A model generated the notes under the pieces. That model did not search any database. It was not told the DNA's origin and was given only the letters and a program-made list of their open reading frames with translations. From NCBI RefSeq assembly GCF_018986815.1, contig NZ_CP076706.1: a DNA stretch of 24,000 nucleotides; one strand, given 5' to 3'. Shown here in pieces: positions 17,186 through 24,000 of this stretch. This DNA comes from Escherichia coli O170:H18 (GTDB taxonomy: Bacteria; Pseudomonadota; Gammaproteobacteria; Enterobacterales; Enterobacteriaceae). The translations under genes were made by a program, and so were the position numbers. Position 1 is the stretch's first letter. Every line of letters starts with the position of its first letter.

Positions 17186-17617
17186 TTATTTGCCGCGCAC
17201 CAAAGGCAAGTTTTCGCCAGCCCAGCCAGCGACGCCTTCTTTCAGTACGAATACTTGCGCAAAACCAGCTTTCGTCAGCGCGTTTGCAGGCTCCTGGCAC
17301 TGCATGCCAGAACCATCTACCACGATAACCGGTTTGTCTTTGTGCTTCTCAAGCTCACCAACATTGTTGGCTTTGATTTCGCTCGGCAACAGGTTGATAG
17401 AACCTGCGATATGGCCTTTACGGAAGTCATCACGCTGACGTAAATCCACAACCACAGCGTCTTCTTTGTTGATCAGACGCGTAGCTTCACCACGAGTAAT
17501 CACCTTCACTTTCGAGGTCAGGCTCTTAAACGTAGTCACAAGAACCGCCACCAGTAACGCGATCCAGGCGATACTCAGTATGGGATGACGGCCAACAAAT
17601 TGCATAATTTCTTGCAT
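17186..17617 (-). CDS. yibN: Membrane-anchored rhodanese-domain protein YibN (143 aa)
   Basis: [30 protein letters not shown]... has an N-terminal TM helix followed by a rhodanese fold (...[14 protein letters not shown]...). The track start at 17629 is an upstream TTG. Confidence 0.9.
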
Positions 17618-17861
17618 GGGGGGTAACAACTCCCGACGTAGTGATTAAAAAAACCAGGAAAGGAGTATACCTGCGCAGTGCGGCAAATACAGCCAGCGCG
17701 TTAACTGGAATGCAATTTTGCGGGGCGCTACGAAAAAAAAGCGTAAATCTGGCATCTGCTTGCCGCGAGCGGTCGTATATTTTGATCTTCAGAGGCTATT
17801 TTATCGATTCAGCTGTAGTAAAATTACGCAAATTTTGACTCTTGAGTATGAGGTTGTCGCA

Positions 17862-19406
17862 ATGTCGGTTTCTAAAAAACCTATGGTACTGGTGATTCTG
17901 GATGGCTATGGCTATCGCGAAGAACAGCAGGATAACGCCATTTTTAGTGCTAAAACCCCGGTAATGGATGCACTGTGGGCCAATCGTCCGCATACCCTGA
18001 TCGACGCTTCCGGTTTGGAAGTCGGTCTGCCTGACCGTCAGATGGGCAACTCCGAAGTAGGCCACGTTAACCTGGGTGCCGGCCGCATCGTGTATCAGGA
18101 CCTGACTCGTCTGGACGTTGAAATCAAAGATCGCGCTTTCTTTGCTAATCCGGTGTTGACTGGTGCAGTAGATAAAGCGAAAAACGCAGGCAAAGCAGTA
18201 CACATTATGGGTCTGCTCTCCGCAGGTGGTGTACACAGCCACGAAGATCACATCATGGCGATGGTAGAACTGGCAGCTGAACGCGGCGCAGAAAAAATCT
18301 ACCTACACGCATTCCTTGACGGTCGCGACACTCCGCCGCGCAGTGCTGAATCCTCGCTGAAAAAATTCGAAGAGAAATTTGCCGCGCTGGGTAAAGGCCG
18401 CGTAGCGTCCATCATTGGTCGTTACTACGCGATGGACCGCGATAACCGTTGGGATCGCGTTGAAAAAGCTTATGACCTGCTGACTCTGGCGCAAGGTGAG
18501 TTCCAGGCCGATACCGCCGTTGCCGGTTTGCAGGCTGCTTATGCTCGCGACGAAAACGACGAGTTCGTGAAAGCGACCGTTATTCGTGCAGAAGGTCAGC
18601 CAGATGCGGCAATGGAAGACGGCGATGCGCTGATTTTCATGAACTTCCGTGCTGACCGCGCGCGTGAAATCACTCGTGCTTTCGTGAACGCTGATTTCGA
18701 TGGCTTCGCGCGTAAGAAAGTGGTTAACGTCGATTTCGTGATGCTGACCGAATACGCTGCCGACATCAAAACCGCAGTGGCTTACCCACCCGCTTCCCTG
18801 GTTAACACCTTCGGCGAGTGGATGGCGAAAAACGACAAAACTCAGCTGCGTATTTCCGAAACCGAAAAATATGCCCACGTTACTTTCTTCTTCAACGGTG
18901 GCGTAGAAGAGTCGTTCAAAGGCGAAGATCGCATTCTGATCAACTCACCGAAAGTGGCTACCTACGATCTGCAACCGGAAATGAGCTCCGCAGAGCTGAC
19001 CGAAAAACTGGTTGCGGCAATCAAGAGCGGCAAATACGACACCATTATCTGTAACTATCCGAACGGCGACATGGTAGGTCACACCGGGGTGATGGAAGCG
19101 GCGGTTAAAGCGGTTGAAGCGCTGGATCACTGCGTGGAAGAAGTCGCGAAAGCGGTTGAGTCCGTGGGTGGACAACTGCTGATCACCGCTGACCACGGTA
19201 ACGCTGAACAGATGCGCGATCCGGCAACGGGTCAGGCACACACGGCACACACCAACCTGCCAGTTCCGCTGATTTACGTTGGTGATAAGAACGTGAAAGC
19301 GGTTGAAGGCGGCAAACTTTCTGACATCGCGCCGACCATGTTGTCGCTGATGGGTATGGAAATCCCGCAAGAGATGACTGGTAAGCCGCTGTTCATCGTG
19401 GAATAA
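17862..19406 (+). CDS. gpmM: 2,3-bisphosphoglycerate-independent phosphoglycerate mutase (514 aa)
   Basis: From ATG 17862 the translation reads [39 protein letters not shown]..., which I recognise. The track ORF from 17718 adds 48 implausible codons ([15 protein letters not shown]...). Confidence 0.96.
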   Translation: MSVSKKPMVLVILDGYGYREEQQDNAIFSAKTPVMDALWANRPHTLIDASGLEVGLPDRQMGNSEVGHVNLGAGRIVYQDLTRLDVEIKDRAFFANPVLTGAVDKAKNAGKAVHIMGLLSAGGVHSHEDHIMAMVELAAERGAEKIYLHAFLDGRDTPPRSAESSLKKFEEKFAALGKGRVASIIGRYYAMDRDNRWDRVEKAYDLLTLAQGEFQADTAVAGLQAAYARDENDEFVKATVIRAEGQPDAAMEDGDALIFMNFRADRAREITRAFVNADFDGFARKKVVNVDFVMLTEYAADIKTAVAYPPASLVNTFGEWMAKNDKTQLRISETEKYAHVTFFFNGGVEESFKGEDRILINSPKVATYDLQPEMSSAELTEKLVAAIKSGKYDTIICNYPNGDMVGHTGVMEAAVKAVEALDHCVEEVAKAVESVGGQLLITADHGNAEQMRDPATGQAHTAHTNLPVPLIYVGDKNVKAVEGGKLSDIAPTMLSLMGMEIPQEMTGKPLFIVE

Positions 19407-19439
19407 TCCCTCCCCATGAGGGGAAAGGCGATTAATACC

Positions 19440-20699
19440 ATGACACGGGCCGTGAAACCGCGCAGGTTTGCAATCAGGCCCATCATCTACGCCAGCGTTC
19501 TGAGCGCTGGCGTATTGTTGTGCGCCTTTTCCGCCCACGCGGATGAGCGTGACCAACTCAAATCCATTCAGGCTGACATCGCCGCGAAAGAGCGCGCGGT
19601 ACGCCAAAAGCAACAACAACGCGCAAGCCTGCTCGCACAATTGAAAAAGCAGGAAGAAGCGATCTCTGAAGCCACCCGTAAACTGCGCGAAACGCAAAAC
19701 ACGCTTAATCAACTGAATAAACAGATTGATGAGATGAACGCGTCGATTGCCAAACTAGAGCAGCAAAAAGCCGCCCAGGAGCGCAGCCTCGCCGCACAAC
19801 TGGATGCCGCGTTTCGTCAGGGTGAACATACCGGTATTCAGCTGATTCTCAGCGGTGAAGAAAGCCAGCGTGGGCAGCGGTTACAGGCTTATTTCGGCTA
19901 TCTCAACCAGGCGCGACAAGAAACCATTGCTCAGTTGAAACAAACGCGTGAAGAAGTCGCTATGCAGCGTGCCGAACTGGAAGAGAAACAGAGCGAGCAA
20001 CAAACGCTTTTATATGAGCAGCGCGCCCAACAGGCGAAGCTGACCCAGGCGTTGAGCGAGCGTAAGAAAACACTGGCAGGGCTGGAGTCTTCCATCCAGC
20101 AAGGTCAGCAACAGTTGAGCGAGCTGCGCGCCAACGAATCCCGTCTGCGTAACAGCATTGCCCGTGCGGAAGCTGCGGCGAAAGCGCGTGCTGAACGTGA
20201 AGCGCGCGAAGCCCAGGCGGTTCGCGACCGCCAGAAAGAAGCGACGCGCAAAGGCACCACCTACAAGCCGACCGAAAGCGAAAAATCGCTGATGTCCCGT
20301 ACCGGTGGTCTGGGAGCACCGCGCGGTCAGGCATTCTGGCCAGTTCGCGGGCCGACGCTGCATCGCTATGGCGAACAGCTACAGGGTGAATTACGCTGGA
20401 AAGGGATGGTGATTGGTGCCTCTGAAGGTACTGAGGTTAAAGCGATTGCCGACGGTCGGGTGATTCTGGCTGACTGGCTGCAAGGCTACGGTCTGGTGGT
20501 GGTGGTTGAGCATGGTAAAGGCGACATGAGTCTTTACGGCTATAATCAGAGCGCACTGGTGAGCGTTGGTTCGCAGGTTCGCGCGGGCCAGCCAATTGCA
20601 CTGGTGGGCAGCAGTGGCGGTCAGGGTCGGCCTTCACTCTATTTCGAAATTCGCCGCCAGGGTCAGGCGGTCAATCCACAGCCGTGGTTGGGAAGATAA
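19440..20699 (+). CDS. envC: Murein hydrolase (amidase) activator EnvC: signal peptide, coiled coil and a degenerate LytM/M23 domain (419 aa)
   Basis: MTRAVKPRRFAIRPIIYASVLSAGVLLCAFSAHA|DE is followed by a long Q/A/E/R-rich heptad region. The C-terminal domain reads ...ILADWLQGYGLVVVVEHGKGDMSLYGYNQS... Confidence 0.95.
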   Translation: MTRAVKPRRFAIRPIIYASVLSAGVLLCAFSAHADERDQLKSIQADIAAKERAVRQKQQQRASLLAQLKKQEEAISEATRKLRETQNTLNQLNKQIDEMNASIAKLEQQKAAQERSLAAQLDAAFRQGEHTGIQLILSGEESQRGQRLQAYFGYLNQARQETIAQLKQTREEVAMQRAELEEKQSEQQTLLYEQRAQQAKLTQALSERKKTLAGLESSIQQGQQQLSELRANESRLRNSIARAEAAAKARAEREAREAQAVRDRQKEATRKGTTYKPTESEKSLMSRTGGLGAPRGQAFWPVRGPTLHRYGEQLQGELRWKGMVIGASEGTEVKAIADGRVILADWLQGYGLVVVVEHGKGDMSLYGYNQSALVSVGSQVRAGQPIALVGSSGGQGRPSLYFEIRRQGQAVNPQPWLGR

Positions 20700-20702
20700 G
20701 TT

Positions 20703-21662
20703 TTGTTTCCATTTCGTCGTAACGTTCTTGCATTTGCCGCCCTGTTGGCGCTCTCCTCCCCCGTAATTGCTGGCAAACTTGCCATCGTCATTGATGATTT
20801 TGGGTATCGCCCGCACAACGAAAACCAGGTGCTGGCGATGCCTTCCGCTATCTCCGTCGCTGTATTACCCGATTCACCGCACGCCAGAGAGATGGCGACC
20901 AAAGCACATAACAGCGGTCACGAAGTGTTGATTCATCTACCGATGGCACCACTGAGTAAACAGCCGCTGGAGAAAAATACGCTACGCCCGGAGATGAGCA
21001 GCGACGAAATTGAGCGCATTATTCGTAGTGCGGTCAATAACGTGCCCTATGCCGTGGGGATCAACAACCACATGGGCAGCAAGATGACCTCTAACCTGTT
21101 TGGTATGCAGAAAGTGATGCAGGCGCTGGAGCGTTACAATCTTTACTTCCTCGACAGCGTAACCATCGGTAATACCCAGGCGATGCGCGCCGCGCAAGGC
21201 ACTGGCGTGAAGGTGATCAAACGGAAGGTGTTCCTCGACGATTCGCAGAACGAAGCGGACATCCGTGTGCAATTTAATCGCGCAATTGACCTGGCACGTC
21301 GCAACGGTTCAACCATTGCCATTGGACATCCTCACCCTTCAACGGTACGCGTGCTACAACAGATGGTTTATAACCTGCCGCCAGACATTACGCTGGTGAA
21401 AGCCAGCAGCTTGTTGAATGAACCGCAGGTTGATACGTCTACACCGCCGAAAAACACTGTGCCCGACACACCGCGTAATCCATTCCGTGGCGTGAAGCTG
21501 TGCAAACCGAAGAAGCCGCTGGAACCTGTTTATGCTAATCGCTTCTTTGAAGTATTAAGCGAAAGCATCAGCCAGAGCACGCTGATCGTTTACTTCCAGC
21601 ATCAGTGGCAAGGCTGGGGCAAACAGCCCGAAGCGGCAAAACTTAACGCTAGCGCAAATTAA
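20703..21662 (+). CDS. yibQ: YibQ, divergent polysaccharide deacetylase-family protein with a signal peptide (319 aa)
   Basis: I recognise [47 protein letters not shown]... The start lies 3 nt after the envC stop, as in the gpmM-envC-yibQ operon. Confidence 0.9.
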   Translation: MFPFRRNVLAFAALLALSSPVIAGKLAIVIDDFGYRPHNENQVLAMPSAISVAVLPDSPHAREMATKAHNSGHEVLIHLPMAPLSKQPLEKNTLRPEMSSDEIERIIRSAVNNVPYAVGINNHMGSKMTSNLFGMQKVMQALERYNLYFLDSVTIGNTQAMRAAQGTGVKVIKRKVFLDDSQNEADIRVQFNRAIDLARRNGSTIAIGHPHPSTVRVLQQMVYNLPPDITLVKASSLLNEPQVDTSTPPKNTVPDTPRNPFRGVKLCKPKKPLEPVYANRFFEVLSESISQSTLIVYFQHQWQGWGKQPEAAKLNASAN

Positions 21663-22683
21663 AGGCGCTACGCGTAATGCGATGGTGCGACCGCGTTTTG
21701 TCGCGCCATTGCCATAAGCGGAAAGACCACAGTAACGCCTGGTAACCCACCTTCACGCTGCGCACATTGGTAATCAGGCGCTTATACATACCGGAAGTAA
21801 ATATCTCGGCAATCATCCGTTGGCGGGTAAGAATATCCGGCTCTTTGCGCACCGCATGGCAAACACGCAATGCTTCGTAAGTTATTTGCTGATGAAATTC
21901 CGGATAAATCGTAATTTTGTCAGCATAATTTCGATTTAATTTCTCCAGCAGGCGGGTAATCTTAATATAGTGACGTTGATAATTAAGGTTTTTGTTCCCT
22001 TGTCTGTTCAACCGACTCACTGACGTATTATGCAGATAATATTTATATAATGATTGCTCGGTATATCGCGCACGCAGCGCGTTAAACATAAATTCTGTTG
22101 TCCAGACAATATCCTGATGATGTAATCCGGCAATAAATCTAATGTTATTTTTAACAATAACATCGCGGCGATAAACCCCCATCCAGACTACGTGTGTCCA
22201 ACGGCGGGAAGAAAGTCCCATCCGCAGCCAGTCCGGACCAGTTAATACACCGGTTGAGCGAAGGCGATCGGTAGGGATGGATTGCCAGGTTTCACCCGTT
22301 TCACGAAAACACCAATCAGCGTTGCACTGCGCCACGTCGAGGTCGTCCTCTAACGCCATGGTCATCAGCGTTTCGTACATGGTGGGATAGACCTCATCGT
22401 CAGCATCGACAAAAGCGACATATTTTCCCGTTGCCACTTCAATCCCACGATTACGCGCCACCGATGCGCCAGCATTCGCCTGATGCAACAAACGAACGTG
22501 CGGATAGTTTTCTGCGTAATGCTTTGCTATTTCAACAGAATTATCCGTTGAACCATCGTTAATAATAATGATTTCCAGAGCAGTCCATGTTTGCGTAATT
22601 AAAGATTCCATACAAGTGCGGAAATCATTGCCCGCATTATATAACGGAATAATAACACTAAGTTTATTGGTGCTGTTCATCAT
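21649..22683 (-). CDS. waaH: GT2-family glycosyltransferase WaaH (YibD), which adds glucuronic acid to the LPS inner core (344 aa)
   Basis: [49 protein letters not shown]...[10 protein letters not shown] carries the GT-A DxD signature. Its 3' end overlaps the yibQ 3' end by 14 bp in convergent orientation. Confidence 0.93.
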   Translation of the reverse strand: MMNSTNKLSVIIPLYNAGNDFRTCMESLITQTWTALEIIIINDGSTDNSVEIAKHYAENYPHVRLLHQANAGASVARNRGIEVATGKYVAFVDADDEVYPTMYETLMTMALEDDLDVAQCNADWCFRETGETWQSIPTDRLRSTGVLTGPDWLRMGLSSRRWTHVVWMGVYRRDVIVKNNIRFIAGLHHQDIVWTTEFMFNALRARYTEQSLYKYYLHNTSVSRLNRQGNKNLNYQRHYIKITRLLEKLNRNYADKITIYPEFHQQITYEALRVCHAVRKEPDILTRQRMIAEIFTSGMYKRLITNVRSVKVGYQALLWSFRLWQWRDKTRSHHRITRSAFNLR

Positions 22684-22890
22684 AAATTACCGACGACCTC
22701 TGAAGTTATCCTGACGTTTTACAGGCTTTGTATTAAGAAACTATTAAGCCTGTGAGATATTATTTTTACCGGTGAGAGAGTCACGTCAGGGTAGAGAGAT
22801 AATGAGAGCAGCTATATAAGAGATCAGCGCAATTACGATATCTTGATTACACTGACAGGATTTTACATATTTAACGGATTATCCTCAGGC

Positions 22891-22914
22891 AAAAGGGCTG
22901 GAATACCAGCCCTT
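22891..22914 (-). terminator. Intrinsic terminator after tdh (minus strand)
   Basis: The stem pairs gggctgg (22895-22901) with ccagccc (22906-22912) around a 4-nt loop. On the minus strand it is followed by UUUU (plus-strand aaaa, 22891-22894). It lies 8-30 nt downstream of the tdh stop. Confidence 0.7.
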
Positions 22915-22921
22915 GTTCGTG

Positions 22922-23947
22922 TTAATCCCAGCTCAGAATAACTTTCCCGGACTGGCCCGAACGCATGGCATCAAAGCCCTTCTGGAAATCATCGATAGAG
23001 AAACGATGGGTAATGATCGGCGAGAGATCGAGGCCAGACTGAATCAGCGCCGCCATCTTGTACCAGGTTTCAAACATCTCACGACCGTAAATACCTTTAA
23101 TGAACAAGCCTTTAAAGATTACTTTGGTCCAGTCGATAGACATATCGGACGGTGGAATACCCAGCATCGCAATACGACCGCCGTGGTTCATGGTGTCGAG
23201 CATGGTACGAAACGCTGGCGGCGCACCGGACATTTCCAGACCGACATCAAAGCCTTCGGTCATGCCCAGTTCTGTCATCACATCATTAAGGTTTTCTTTA
23301 GCGACGTTAACCGCACGGGTGATACCCATTTTGCGTGCCAGCTCAAGGCGGTATTCGTTAACATCAGTGATCACCACATTGCGTGCACCAACGTGTTTCG
23401 CCACCGCCGCAGCCATAATACCTATCGGACCTGCACCAGAGACCAGCACATCCTCGCCAACCAGATCGAACGACAGCGCGGTATGCACAGCGTTACCGAA
23501 GGGATCAAAAATGGAAGCCAGGTCGTCGGAGATATTGTCCGGAATTTTGAAGGCGTTGAACGCCGGAATCACCAGATACTCGGCGAAGCAGCCCGGACGG
23601 TTAACACCGACGCCGATCGTGTTGCGGCACAGATGGGTACGACCGCCACGACAGTTGCGACAGTGACCGCAGGTGATATGGCCTTCGCCAGAAACGCGAT
23701 CGCCAATCTTGAAGCCTTTCACTTCCTGACCAATACCTACCACTTCACCGACATATTCATGGCCCACGACCATCGGCACCGGGATGGTTTTTTGCGACCA
23801 CTCATCCCAGTTATAGATGTGAACGTCAGTCCCGCAGATGGCTGTTTTACGGATTTTAATCAGCAGATCGTTATGCCCGAGTTCCGGTACAGGAACGTCG
23901 GTCATCCAGATGCCCTCTTCCGCTTTCAGTTTGGATAACGCTTTCAT
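22922..23947 (-). CDS. tdh: L-threonine 3-dehydrogenase, zinc-dependent MDR family (341 aa)
   Basis: I recognise [50 protein letters not shown]...GHEYVGEVV..., including the Zn ligand motifs. Confidence 0.97.
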   Translation of the reverse strand: MKALSKLKAEEGIWMTDVPVPELGHNDLLIKIRKTAICGTDVHIYNWDEWSQKTIPVPMVVGHEYVGEVVGIGQEVKGFKIGDRVSGEGHITCGHCRNCRGGRTHLCRNTIGVGVNRPGCFAEYLVIPAFNAFKIPDNISDDLASIFDPFGNAVHTALSFDLVGEDVLVSGAGPIGIMAAAVAKHVGARNVVITDVNEYRLELARKMGITRAVNVAKENLNDVMTELGMTEGFDVGLEMSGAPPAFRTMLDTMNHGGRIAMLGIPPSDMSIDWTKVIFKGLFIKGIYGREMFETWYKMAALIQSGLDLSPIITHRFSIDDFQKGFDAMRSGQSGKVILSWD

Positions 23948-23956
23948 CTCACACCC

Positions 23957-24000
23957 TCAGGCGATAACGCCCAGTTGTTTACCAATACGCGTGAATGCTT
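23957..24000 (-). CDS. kbl: 2-amino-3-ketobutyrate CoA ligase, last 14 codons only; the rest of the gene is outside the window
   Basis: The reverse complement reads ...AFTRIGKQLGVIA* with its stop at 23957-23959. The gene lies 9 nt upstream of the tdh start, as in the kbl-tdh operon. Confidence 0.85.
   Translation of the reverse strand, partial: AFTRIGKQLGVIA

Noticed and set aside
17718-17861. Upstream in-frame start choices in the ORF track for gpmM (17718), and likewise for lldP (10130), lldR (11791), secB (16790), yibN (17629) and envC (19416)
   Set aside because: In each case the internal ATG reproduces the known protein N-terminus and length, and mostly has a better-placed SD. Several track starts are GTG or TTG codons in leader sequence.
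18945-19712. A 255-aa minus-strand ORF spanning the gpmM-envC junction
   Set aside because: It is antisense to two well-supported genes, crosses their intergenic spacer, and has no start context or recognisable motifs.
22847-22870. A candidate Pho box upstream of waaH (minus strand atgtaaaatcctgtcag); waaH/yibD has been reported as Pho-regulated
   Set aside because: One half-site (CTGTCAG) is good, but the second is a 4/7 match. The half-site spacing is 10 rather than the canonical 11 bp. I could not place a convincing 18-bp box anywhere in 22684-22921, so it would need PhoB footprinting.
22913-23938. A stop-free antisense ORF of 341 aa, the same length as tdh on the opposite strand
   Set aside because: The tdh identity is unambiguous on the minus strand. 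The plus-strand product is H/R/T-rich, has no SD and resembles no family I know. It is a curiosity of codon composition, not a gene.

Overview
This window reads as Escherichia coli chromosome. I recognise the K-12 gene order mtlA'-mtlD-mtlR, yibT, yibL, lldP-lldR-lldD, trmL, cysE, gpsA-secB-grxC-yibN, gpmM-envC-yibQ, waaH and tdh-'kbl from the translations and synteny. The only non-housekeeping segment lies at about 3.6-9.9 kb, between yibL and the lldP promoter. It holds an AT-rich 0.5-kb leader, a 227-aa lipoprotein gene and a 1633-aa trimeric autotransporter adhesin (TAA) gene, and is closed by a REP pair and an intrinsic terminator. By position and architecture this matches the described SadB/SadA (Salmonella) and UpaG/EhaG (E. 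coli) family, so it is the window's one candidate 'system' but probably not an undescribed one. I saw no CRISPR array, transposase, integrase, tRNA, toxin-antitoxin pair or recognisable defence gene. The points most worth a second look are: (1) near-identical 234-bp tandem repeats inside the adhesin stalk; (2) their polar Asn-rich heptads; (3) the inner-membrane-type lipobox and coiled coil of the helper lipoprotein; (4) the compositional break within the two-gene unit; (5) a 17-codon upstream ORF whose stop overlaps the lldP start; and (6) a GC hairpin covering the trmL ribosome-binding site. All homology statements come from my recognition of the sequences, not from a database search. Any numbers given are hand counts.
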